A stretch of DNA of 63,851 nucleotides, the filler included, from Candidatus Zhuqueibacterota bacterium (GTDB taxonomy: Bacteria > BS750m-G25), in NCBI GenBank assembly GCA_016783505.1. It is 4 parts of 4 records of this genome, joined end to end, with 100 filler letters (N's around TTAATTAATTAA, not from the genome) between each part and the next. Parts side by side here need not be neighbours in the genome. Positions count along the whole stretch, not along the records: positions 27,784 to 52,832 come from JADHWK010000035.1; 3 more parts are not named here. One strand, 5' to 3'. The notes under the pieces were generated by a model, which was given only the letters and a program-made list of their open reading frames with translations, did no database searches and had not been told where the DNA came from. This document shows, one piece after another, positions 29,374-39,200 of this stretch. Every line of letters starts with the position of its first letter. Position 1 is the first letter of the stretch. Both the position numbers and the translations under genes were made by a program.

Positions 29374-30609
29374 ATGAAAGAAAGGAAAATATTGAATTTC
29401 AAGATTGGGGGGCTTTTTCTGTTTCTGATCGGGGTTGTCTGGTGGTGTCTCAGCTTTCTAAGTTGCGGGGAAGAGGGAGGGGAGCTTGTCGGTGCCCTTA
29501 ACCAAGCGGTTAAGGGGATCAGGCAGCAATATTGCCCAGACCAGAGGCTTTCGGTCTTCGATGTCTCCTGGGATATCAAGGGAAGACGGATCGAGCTGAA
29601 AGGCGAGGTTTTGTCCGAAGAGGCCAAGCTTGAGCTTCTGGAAAAGATAAAAGGGTTGGCGCCAGGTTATGATGTGTTGGATCAAGTGATGGTGCTGCCC
29701 CATTCCAGCTTAGGGGATTCCACCTTCGGTCTGATCCGACTATCGGTGGCCGATTTTCGCCGGGGGCCCGCCTTTGAGGACGAATTGGTCACTCAGGCGC
29801 TGATGGGGATGAGGATAACCCTCCTGAAGCTGGATGAAGGCTGGTTTTTTGCACAGATCGCGGAAGATAACTATTTGGGTTGGGTTGTTCCCTCCTCCGT
29901 GGTAGTGGGAGATAGCCTTCTGATGGTGGAATGGGAAAAGCAGAAGAGGGTGGTAGTCACCCCCAATTACGGGACGGTATACAGCTCTCCCGGGGTTGAT
30001 TCCGATCCCGTGAGCGATCTGGTGCGGGGGGATGTTCTTGCAAAATTGGGAAAAAGGGGGGATTGGATGAAGGTGGCCCTCCCCGATGGGCGGCAGGGTT
30101 ATGTTCCCCTGGGGATGGTGGAGGACTGGGAGGGTTGGGGCATTCGGGGTGGCCCATCGCCGCTTGGGATCGTTCGGATTGCTAGGGAGTTTCTGGGGAT
30201 TCCCTATGTGTGGGGGGGGACTTCACCCAAGGGAATTGACTGCTCCGGTTTAACCAAGACCGTCTTTAAGCTGAACGGGATCATCCTGCCCCGGGATGCC
30301 AATCAACAGGTGAACGTGGGTCAGCCCGTGATACCCGGTGAGAAATTCCAGTTCTTGGTCCCAGGGGATCTCCTCTTCTTCGGTCCCGACCCCGACCGCA
30401 TCACCCACGTTGCTATCTATCTGGGGGATCTCCAATTTATCCATGCCGACGGTTGGGTGAGAATGAATAGTTTCAATCCCGAAGACCCGAACTACAGCCC
30501 TTATCGAACCCACGCCTTTCGCCGCGCCAAAAGGATTCTAAGCTCAGGAACTAATAGTACCGGGTTTAAAAAGAGTGACGTTAAGTCAGGAGGGCCATCA
30601 TGTCCATGA
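29374..30609 (+). CDS. NlpC/P60 (C40) gamma-D-glutamyl endopeptidase, YkfC-like, with SH3 domains; lipoprotein
   Basis: FLSC lipobox, ELVTQALMG, FLGIPYVWGGTSPKGIDCSG, PGDLLFF, HVAIY..FIHA. Confidence 0.9.
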   Translation: MKERKILNFKIGGLFLFLIGVVWWCLSFLSCGEEGGELVGALNQAVKGIRQQYCPDQRLSVFDVSWDIKGRRIELKGEVLSEEAKLELLEKIKGLAPGYDVLDQVMVLPHSSLGDSTFGLIRLSVADFRRGPAFEDELVTQALMGMRITLLKLDEGWFFAQIAEDNYLGWVVPSSVVVGDSLLMVEWEKQKRVVVTPNYGTVYSSPGVDSDPVSDLVRGDVLAKLGKRGDWMKVALPDGRQGYVPLGMVEDWEGWGIRGGPSPLGIVRIAREFLGIPYVWGGTSPKGIDCSGLTKTVFKLNGIILPRDANQQVNVGQPVIPGEKFQFLVPGDLLFFGPDPDRITHVAIYLGDLQFIHADGWVRMNSFNPEDPNYSPYRTHAFRRAKRILSSGTNSTGFKKSDVKSGGPSCP

Positions 30610-31742
30610 CCAGAAAAGAATTTTTTAAAACCACAGGGAAGGCGCTTGCCGCCGCCGGAGCCCTGAGGGCCGGGCTGATCCCCGTTCCCATTTTTTCCTG
30701 CGCCCCCACCCCGGAGAAGGGGGTCAGGCTCTCATACAAAAAGATCCGCCTGTTCCTGAAACACACCTGGACCATCGCCCGGGGGTCAAGCGATTTTAAG
30801 GACAATGTGTTCGTGCGCCTGGAGAAGGACGGTGTTTATGGTCTGGGGGAGGCGGCCCCCAATATCCGTTACCAAGAGACGTGGGAATCTACAGTAGAAT
30901 TGATCGAAAAGGCCAGGTCGCTGTTGGAAGAAGGGGATCCCTGGAAGTTCGGTGAATTGGGGCATCGGATTCTGGCCATAGCCGAAGGTCAGACCGCCGC
31001 CAAGGCGGCCCTGGACATAGCCCTGATGGACTGGGTGACCAAGAAGCTAAGGGTTCCCCTATACCGATATTTGGGTTTAGATAAGTCGAAGACTCCCCTG
31101 ACCTCTTTTACCATCGGTATTGATACACCGGAGGTTATGAAAGCCAAGGTGAAGGAGGCGGAGGAATTTCCGTTGCTCAAGATCAAGGTGGGTTTAAAAA
31201 ACGATGAGGAAATATTAGGGGCCATTCGATCCGTTACCGATAAGCCCCTGCGGGTGGACGCCAATGAAGGATGGAAATCCAAAGAGGAGGCGTTAGAGAA
31301 AATCCGCTGGCTGGAGGGAATGGGGGTGGAATTCATCGAACAGCCCCTGCCTTCTTCGATGCTTGAGGAGACTAAATGGCTCAGGGAACGGGTAAAATTG
31401 CCCATCATTGCCGACGAGGCGGTCAAGAGCGCCCGGGATATTCCCCGATTGGCCACGGCTTACGATGGGATTAACATTAAACTGATGAAGGCCGGTGGGG
31501 TGCAGGAGGCCTTACGCATGATCGCCATGGCCAAATCGCTGGGGATGAAGATCATGCTGGGGTGTATGATCGAAAGTTCGGTGGCCATCTCGGCGGCAGC
31601 CCACCTTTCCCCCTTGGTGGACTACGCTGACCTGGACGGGAATTTACTGATCTCCAATGATCCCTTCGAAGGTGTAAGGACGGAAAAGGGCCGACTCATC
31701 CTACCCGATAGACCGGGTCTGGGGATTAAGGGGGACCTGTAA
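30600..31742 (+). CDS. Dipeptide (L-Ala-D/L-Glu) epimerase, YkfB-like, with Tat-like leader
   Basis: KIKVG, RVDANEGW, IEQP, ADE, NIKLMK, GCMIES, DLDG; N-terminus MSMTRKEFFK..IFSC. Confidence 0.9.
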   Translation: MSMTRKEFFKTTGKALAAAGALRAGLIPVPIFSCAPTPEKGVRLSYKKIRLFLKHTWTIARGSSDFKDNVFVRLEKDGVYGLGEAAPNIRYQETWESTVELIEKARSLLEEGDPWKFGELGHRILAIAEGQTAAKAALDIALMDWVTKKLRVPLYRYLGLDKSKTPLTSFTIGIDTPEVMKAKVKEAEEFPLLKIKVGLKNDEEILGAIRSVTDKPLRVDANEGWKSKEEALEKIRWLEGMGVEFIEQPLPSSMLEETKWLRERVKLPIIADEAVKSARDIPRLATAYDGINIKLMKAGGVQEALRMIAMAKSLGMKIMLGCMIESSVAISAAAHLSPLVDYADLDGNLLISNDPFEGVRTEKGRLILPDRPGLGIKGDL

Positions 31743-31792
31743 TTGATGTTTCGGTGGTCAAAGTACATTGGATTCCTCACCGTATCCGATCC

Positions 31793-31850
31793 GAAAGTTT
31801 GATTATTGACAATAATTAGTTTACATTCTTTGGGGAATTAAATAACATCC
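31793..31850 (+). repeat. Decayed duplicate of the 5' end of the Fic-like pseudogene (copy of 33528-33585)
   Basis: GAAAGTTTGATTATTGACAATAAT..GGAATT..ATAACATCC is present at both positions. Confidence 0.85.
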
Positions 31851-31912
31851 TCGTTTCATGACAAGATATTCGCTCTTACCCTTTGATGATTAGATTGTAT
31901 ACTCTGGATTAT

Positions 31913-32017
31913 TATACTTTAAAGTATACTAAACGTTTATTGAAGTCCTTTTAAAAAAACAACTTGACTTTTACAGTCAATTTTAGTATACTTAAGAGTA
32001 TAATACTTTAAAGTATA
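31913..32017 (+). promoter_or_regulatory. Promoter with three TATACT-N4-AGTATA palindromes
   Basis: TTGACT(31964)-17-TATACT(31987); palindromes at 31913-31928, 31987-32002, 32002-32017; a fourth copy at 33437-33452. Confidence 0.75.
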
Positions 32018-32034
32018 CTAAATTTGGGATTAAG

Positions 32035-33417
32035 ATGTTCGTCAATAGAACTGAAGAACTTAACTATCTGGAGAACTTATATAAGAATAGGGGTGCTCGT
32101 CTTCTAATTATCTACGGTCGACGGAGGATTGGAAAAACTGAACTTCTTAGGCAGTTTTCCAAAGACAAAAAACACCTCTTTTTTTCCTCAGATCTATCTT
32201 CCGAACAGGAACAATTAAGACAGTTTACTGAAAAGATATATCAGCTAACCGGCGAATCGTTTTTAGAGACTCAACCTTTCAATTCATGGGAGGCTTTATT
32301 CAGATATACCTTCGATCATCTAACAGATAAGGCTGCTCTTATTATAATTGACGAATTCCCTTATCTTTGTGTCAGCAATAATGCTCTTCCCTCAGTATTG
32401 CAAAAAATCTGGGATGAAAAGGCTAAGAGAAGTAACATTTTTCTCGTGCTATGTGGTTCCTATATGAGTTTTATGGAAAAAGAGGTTTTGGGACACAAAA
32501 GCCCTTTATTCGGTAGGCGAATTGGACAGATTGTATTGCAACCTCTGGATTTTGAAGATCTAGGTGGTTTTTTCCCTAAGTATTCAAAGACGAAAAGGGT
32601 TTACACTTATGCCATACTTGGTGGCACCCCCGCTTATCTCCAACGATTTAATGAAAAAAAGACTATAGGACAAAATGTAAGAGATGAGATTCTGAATAAA
32701 AATGCCTTTCTTTATAGTGAACCTCGATTCTTGCTTGTAGAGGAGTTGCGAGAACCATCCGTATACTTTTCAATACTAAAAGCAATTGCCTTCGGAAAAA
32801 CAAGATTAAATGAAATAGTTCAGGAAACAGGGATTGATGACAGGCATAAGGTTAATAAATATCTCACCGTGCTTCGTGAATTGCATATTATCAGAAGGGA
32901 AGTCCCTGTGACCGAAGAGAGTCCACATAAATCCAGAAAGGGAATTTACATACTTGCTGATCCCTTTTTTAGATTCTGGTTCAGATATCTTTTCCCGAAT
33001 ATGAGTTATCTTGAAGAAGGTGATATTGATTATGTGTGGGAAGAAAAAATAAAGCACAGCCTTGATAGTTTTGTTGGGTTTATATTTGAAGACATATGTA
33101 TTCAGAGACTTAAACAGCTAAACAGGGATAATAGACTTCCGTTCAAGACAAAAAATATGGGACGATGGTGGAATGGGAAAGATGAAGTTGACATTGTCGC
33201 TTTGGATGATGAGGGTTCTTTTATGTTTTGTGAGTGCAAGTGGACGGCGAAAAAGATAGGCGTGGGTTTATTAGCCGAACTACGAAGAAAAGCAGATAAG
33301 TTTTCTAGAGTAACACGAAGATATTTTGTTTTCTTTTCCAAGTCGGGATTTAGCAATGAACTGGAGGATCTATCACGGAAAAGGGAGGATGTATTGCTCT
33401 TTCCGTTTTATGATTAA
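32035..33417 (+). CDS. Archaeal-type ATPase with winged HTH, DUF234 and C-terminal PD-(D/E)xK-like domain
   Basis: FVNRTEEL, YGRRRIGKT, IIDEFPY, LCGS, GGTPAYL, DPFFRFWF, GRWW..EVDIVA..ECKW. Confidence 0.9.
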   Translation: MFVNRTEELNYLENLYKNRGARLLIIYGRRRIGKTELLRQFSKDKKHLFFSSDLSSEQEQLRQFTEKIYQLTGESFLETQPFNSWEALFRYTFDHLTDKAALIIIDEFPYLCVSNNALPSVLQKIWDEKAKRSNIFLVLCGSYMSFMEKEVLGHKSPLFGRRIGQIVLQPLDFEDLGGFFPKYSKTKRVYTYAILGGTPAYLQRFNEKKTIGQNVRDEILNKNAFLYSEPRFLLVEELREPSVYFSILKAIAFGKTRLNEIVQETGIDDRHKVNKYLTVLRELHIIRREVPVTEESPHKSRKGIYILADPFFRFWFRYLFPNMSYLEEGDIDYVWEEKIKHSLDSFVGFIFEDICIQRLKQLNRDNRLPFKTKNMGRWWNGKDEVDIVALDDEGSFMFCECKWTAKKIGVGLLAELRRKADKFSRVTRRYFVFFSKSGFSNELEDLSRKREDVLLFPFYD

Positions 33418-33515
33418 AGTGGATACCTTGAAATATTATACTTTAAAATATACTACATTACTGTGTGGCTTTCTTTAGAGCGAATAAATAAACTTGAGAT
33501 TTAAGAGGAGAACGA

Positions 33516-33838
33516 ATGTATCGCCCTGAAAGTTTGATTATTGACAATAATAAGCTCAAGCTTTTCAAGGAATTGGATAACATCCGCAGAGAGCGGAGAT
33601 CCTTAAGAAAGAAACTTATTTAGAAAAAGCCAGAAGAGTTAATTTAAACTCAAGGCAGATCAAGATATTGCTGTATCTTGTAGAAAAAAAGAGGCTTACC
33701 GTTGAAGAGTGTGTAAGGAAATTCAAGGTTATCAGTCGGACAGCACAGAGGGATTTTGCTCGACTTGTTGGACATAAATTTGTACGTGAGGTTGCAAAGA
33801 GCAAAACAGACCCTACAAAATATTATGAGCTACTATGA
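33516..33838 (+). pseudogene. Fic-family/HTH protein remnant with large internal deletion
   Basis: RBS GAGGAG and MYRPESLII.. joined out of frame to ..LNSRQIKILLYL..ISRTAQRDFARLV..TDPTKYYELL* (HTH tail typical of Fic proteins). Confidence 0.6.
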
Positions 33839-33897
33839 CAAAATACTGTGGCATTACTGTGACATTACTGTGACATATTACTGTGACAAAACTATAG
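33832..33897 (+). repeat. Short tandem (T)ACTGTGACA-type repeats
   Basis: ACTATGACA, TACTGTGGCA, TACTGTGACA x3, ACTATAG at about 11-13 bp spacing. Confidence 0.8.
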
Positions 33898-34122
33898 TAA
33901 GCGATGAACAAGGAGCGTAACATAAGGCATTTTATTGAAGACCACATATCCCAGATAAACGGCCGCTGGCCCAAACCCTGTACTTATATTTTTGGGTGGT
34001 GGTGAAGATTATGACGTCTGGATTTTTTATATATCTCTGGATTTGGATGATAGAAGAAATATTGCGTTTAAATTGTAATTATTGAATATGAAATATTTTT
34101 TGAAATAGGTAATGAATTATTT

Positions 34123-34564
34123 GGGAGCGTCCCTCGTTTGTGTTGCTATTTTAGCACTTTTTGATTGAATTAATTAATTGAATTTGTTATTATTATGATG
34201 TTCATTTTTTTGCTCTATACTATGGGCCCAGACTATAACAGGATTATAACATGAGAAAAAAAGGCGTTGTCCCGTCTGTAGGAGTCTCCGAACAAAGAGA
34301 AATGGAACATATTGTCGAACCCGAAAAAGAGACATTGGTAAAGAGCAAAAACTTGTCAAACGTTGGTTTTGCTATGACTGCGGGAAGACATTTACTCTTA
34401 CTCAAAAGAAATCGATCCTTGAACCTTCGATTATTCGAAAAATGGAAAAAGTCCTCTTGAACTGGCCGGTGTGGATACATCCAATATCCATTGGGTGAGG
34501 TTTTCAAAGAACGAATCTGATCCTTAATGGAATGAAAAAAGCAACAAAATTCAGGGACGCTCCC
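34123..34564 (+). mobile_element. Internally deleted IS (IS256-like) with intact ends
   Basis: TIR GGGAGCGTCCCT/AGGGACGCTCCC; perfect 8-bp target duplication AATTATTT; internal Zn-ribbon remnant CPVCRSLRTKRNG..RWFCYDCGKTF. Confidence 0.85.
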
Positions 34565-34586
34565 AATTATTTTAAGGATAAGAACT

Positions 34587-35645
34587 ATGTCAATAAAATT
34601 CACTAAAAGAGTAGGTACACGTACTTCAGTAAGGCAAATTAATATACCTGGTCTAATAAAAAGATTATATCCATTTAAAAATTATAACGACTTATTTTTA
34701 TCAGATAATTTGTGGAAATTAATGCAAGATATTGTTGATAATTCAAAAAAAGGGGAATATAAAAACATTATAAACTGCTACCATAAAGGTAAAAAAAGAG
34801 TGCTTGGACCTAAAGTTAAAGAGTTACCTTTACCACTCATACAATGTTTTGTTGAGAAACGAAAAAAAATATTAACATCTAATAATACAGCATTATTAAG
34901 AAATGCGAGTTCATTTTATGAAATAGCAATAAAATCAAATTTAGAAACTCAACCCATATATTATTATTATTCATTTCTTTATTTTTCAAGTTTTATATCT
35001 AATACATTCTTACGTTTTAGTAGTAAATCTCCTTCACATGGTCTGAAAACGATATTTTCAGATAGTAGTAATAATCTTTATGATCGTAACTTAACTAAAG
35101 TAAAAATAAAAAATATCATAGAAGAAGATATATATGTAATATTTCATAAATTTGGAAGTTTTCAAAGATTTGTAGACACATTAAGTTTAATTGGTTACCA
35201 GTCAATATTTTCGATGTTTTATATACAATCTCATGAGCTGAATTCACAAAATCTCCATTATTTGATATTTAATAAAGAGCAAAGGCAATTTAAATTTCAA
35301 AACGATAACCATTTTAAAATACATGAAAATAAATCAAATACTAACTATTCAAAAACTATTTCAAAATATTCATTAAGGGTCTTATGTAATTATGACCTTG
35401 ATAAGTCAATTAATGAGGCCACTAAATATCATGGCCATGATGTCTCATTATATGACGTCTCATTATATTTGCTTAGTTTTTTAATTATTTTTGTAGCAAG
35501 TAATATTGCACGATATAAACCATATCTTTGGAATATTATTACAAGAGGTGAGGGTACTAACATATATACTGTTATAGAAGATGCTTATGATAATTATTCT
35601 GAATTTTTATATGAGTTTAAAGGTTTTATTAAGACATACATTTAA
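34587..35645 (+). CDS. YaaC family protein
   Basis: QPIYYYYSF, SHGL, ARYKPYLW motifs; very AT-rich. Confidence 0.7.
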   Translation: MSIKFTKRVGTRTSVRQINIPGLIKRLYPFKNYNDLFLSDNLWKLMQDIVDNSKKGEYKNIINCYHKGKKRVLGPKVKELPLPLIQCFVEKRKKILTSNNTALLRNASSFYEIAIKSNLETQPIYYYYSFLYFSSFISNTFLRFSSKSPSHGLKTIFSDSSNNLYDRNLTKVKIKNIIEEDIYVIFHKFGSFQRFVDTLSLIGYQSIFSMFYIQSHELNSQNLHYLIFNKEQRQFKFQNDNHFKIHENKSNTNYSKTISKYSLRVLCNYDLDKSINEATKYHGHDVSLYDVSLYLLSFLIIFVASNIARYKPYLWNIITRGEGTNIYTVIEDAYDNYSEFLYEFKGFIKTYI

Positions 35646-35802
35646 ATTTTTCTACGTCCAATAACTATGTGTATACTCTGGTATGTTTCCCCCTCTGCTC
35701 TGATAGGAAATTATCTTTGAAATTATTGGTTTTTGTTAAAAACCTAAAATTGGTAATTGGCAGAATGTCAGACGAAATTTCTGCTGGGAATTAAAGTGAT
35801 AA

Positions 35803-36011
35803 AATTGATGTTCCGCTTGCCGAAGATTACCAGATTTCTTACCGTTTCTGATCTTATCCTGATTGGAACACTGCTAATAGCTGGATTGCTCAGTCTAGCC
35901 TTGGTGGGCGGCATTGGGGATCGGAACAGTTACACTTTGGTAGAAGTTGGAGGAACAGTTACCCAAAAACTTCTGATTAGCTTGGAAAATTTATTTAATC
36001 CTAGTAGTTAG
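35803..36011 (+). pseudogene. 5' fragment duplicate of the NusG domain II gene at 40043
   Basis: LPKITRFLTVSDLILIGTLLIAGLLSLALVG..YTLVEVGGTVTQK versus WPKITRFLTVSDLVLIGSLLIAGLLSMALVG..YALVEVGGKVTHK; homology ends near 35972. Confidence 0.9.
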
Positions 36012-36237
36012 AAAGTAGGATATTGAATTTGCAGAAATAATGGCGTCCTTCTTGGAAATGATAAATACGAATCAAAAAAGATATTTGCTGAAATTAAGAC
36101 CTATATGACAAGCGATCACAGATTTTCCATTCTGGTAAATCAAATAATGTCAACAAGGAAAATTTGCTAAAGTTACGTTATTATTAAGTACGAGAGTCAA
36201 TCGAGAAAATTACAAGATAATTTGGGGTTAAACGAGG

Positions 36238-39200
36238 ATGGCGAAAAAGAATACAGATGTTATTAAAAGAGTTATTTCTATTTTGGATTCGGTAGATTAT
36301 GCCCATTATTCCGAAGAAAGGGCAAAAACTTATTTAGAATATGCTAAAGGCGCTTGGATAGACGAAAGGAAGCTTATTGCCAATATTATCTTCCCTAAAT
36401 TCTTGGAACAGGTTCTTGGCTTTAAACTAGGAGAAAATATCGGAACCCAAGAAAAAGTATCCGAGGGTAGAGATATACCAGATTACATCCCCGTGGACAC
36501 TCGTACACATTCTTTTGTCTTTGACTGTAAGGGAATGGATACAGAAGACCTTTCGAAATGGTATGGTCAGATAAAACGATATCTTGAAGGACAAGGCCTA
36601 AGATATGGGATACTGACTAATATGCGAGACCTTGATGTATATACTCTTGAAATTGATCAAGAGATTGAAGCCTTTAATTTCAATTTTGTGGAACTTTACA
36701 AGAATTGCAAAGAAAATCTATCTAATATCCTTGAAAAAGAAAATACAAAACGTTTTCTCAAATTTGTTGAACGTTTCAAGTACATACCGTTGAACATTGA
36801 TGAAAAGTTCAAGAGGATTGCAGAGGCAAAACCCTGGACAGGTGAAGAAATACTTAACATTGACCTTTTGACCAGACGCCTCCGCCATGTTATAGAATGC
36901 ATTCATGAGGATACAACAGCGAACAAAGAAACACTGGTTTTATTAAAAGAAATAGATCCAGAGAGGGCAACGGCAATAGCACAGGAGATAGAACTAATTG
37001 CTTCAGAAATTGAACGTGGAAGGGAAGTAAAGGAAGCGTCTATCGGAACTTTTGAGGAAATTATAAAAGCATTTCCCAAGAGTCTCTTAGGCAAAGCTTT
37101 GGATATTTTCTTCTATCGCGTGGCATATTTCACAATGACCAGGCTCCTTTTAGCAAGAGCATGGGAGGACATAGGTTTTATAGATCAGAGTCTATATGAC
37201 GGAGGCCTTGCTAAATGGTATGAGAATTTTAATAAAGAAATAAGCAGAGTTCTTAAATTTGCTTTCGGTCTGGCTGCTGAGCGCTATAAATGGCTCTTTA
37301 ACATTGACAACAATTATACGTGGTACGAGCCCTCAAATGATACCCTTGTCGAAGTACTTTATGAACTCTCTAACTTTAATTTGGGAAAACTCAACCAGGA
37401 TGTACTTGGCACAATTTATGAAGAATATATTGACAAGGTAGACAAGAGGCAAAAGGGTCAATATTATACACCGAGAGAGATAATTGAATTTATCTGGAAT
37501 AGAGTAGGGTTTACAAATCCAAGAGCTTTTTTCTGGCACATTGAAGGTAAGAGGCGACCTAAGTTTATCTTCGATCCTGCTGCTGGGTCAGGAGGGTTTC
37601 TTGTGGAGGCAGCCAGGAGAATTAGAGAGGAATCCAGTATTAATTGGAATGACTTCCAGGATCTATTTGATATTCGTACAGCAATTTTACTTCACATTTT
37701 TGGCTGTGAGATTTCTATCTTCCCATATTACATAACCGAAGTAAACTTGCTTATTCAGCTAACCCCTGTCGTAAAGCGAATGATAGAACTAAAGAAGGGT
37801 TTGAAAGAATCTCTTCCTTTGGGGATAGTTCCTGTGGATGCTCTATCTCTTTATAATCCGGAACCCACCCTTTTACCAGAAGAGGAATACAAATTTGACC
37901 ACATACGAAACTTTTTGCCTCTGGAAAGACAGAAAAGGGCGGTTTTTCAAAAGATTAAGACGCAATTTGATGGAAAATTTTCATACTGTTGTGCTAATCC
38001 ACCGTATATCGGGGAAAAAGGAAACAAAGAACTTTTCAGGTCTACTCTCCAAAAGTTACCCTATTGGAAAGAATTTTATCAAGGCAAGATGGATTATCTC
38101 TACTTTTTTATTATCTTGGGACTTTCAAAACTTCGTAATCCAGGTGAAAGAACTCCAGGCGGCAAACTAGGTTTTATAACAACCGCATACTGGCCTACAG
38201 CAGATGGTGCATCAAAATTGAGGAAGTATATACTCGGAAATGCAAAGATAAAAGAGATAGTCTTCTTTGAGGATGTAAAAATCTTTGAGTATGCAAAGGG
38301 TCAGCATAATATGGTCTTTATCCTCGAAAAATGTGCAGGGAAAGATAGCGAGCGAAAAAGGGCTGAGAATAGAATCAAGATAGTTAGGGTCTTAGTCAAA
38401 CATCAAGAAATAACGGGAGATTCTATTCGCGAAAAATTAAGGTTTTTGACCCGGCACATTGAGAAGAATATAAACAAAAGAGAATGGAAAGATAAATATA
38501 TTAAAGTATTTTTTACAAAGCAGGGACTATTGACTGACAAACCATGGGGGCTTTTTGTTGAAGAATCAGCGGAAAAAATTATCAGCCAAATTGAAGCTGT
38601 TGGTACCAAACTCAAAGATTTTTGGAGGATTGAGCAAGGTGTAGTTCCCAGTCCTTTGCGGCTAACTAGAAAAAAATTTGAAGAGCTATCTATTGAAGCT
38701 GTTAAAAAATACAACCTTAAAATTGGAGATGGTGTTTTTGTTCTTACGAAGAAGGAGTTGGATAATCTCCAATTGGCGAGCAACGAGTACGAAATTATTA
38801 AGCCTTACTTTAAAAACTCTGATATTGGAAAGTATATTACCTCACAGGGAACCAATGATTATATAATTTATACGACATCTACCACAAAAATTGATGAATA
38901 CCCAGATATTAAAAGACATTTAGAAAAATTCAGAAGCATTTTAGAGTTAAGGTTGAGCAGATATAATGAAAGTTACAATTGGTTTGAACTGCATAGATCG
39001 CGTGATCAAAAGATTTTCGAAGGTAAGAAAATTGTTTGTGGTTATCGAACAGAAGAGCCTTGTTTTGCTTATCACGAAGGAAGTTTTTATGGTTCAACAG
39101 ATATGTATTTCATCAAGCCCATAAATCCTCAAGACAAACACTCTCTAAAATATTTACTTGCTATTCTTAACTCAAAAACAATAAACTTTTGGTTGTCAAA

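Noticed and set aside
33832-33897. Short repeats as a CRISPR array
   Set aside because: Units are about 10 bp with no spacers.
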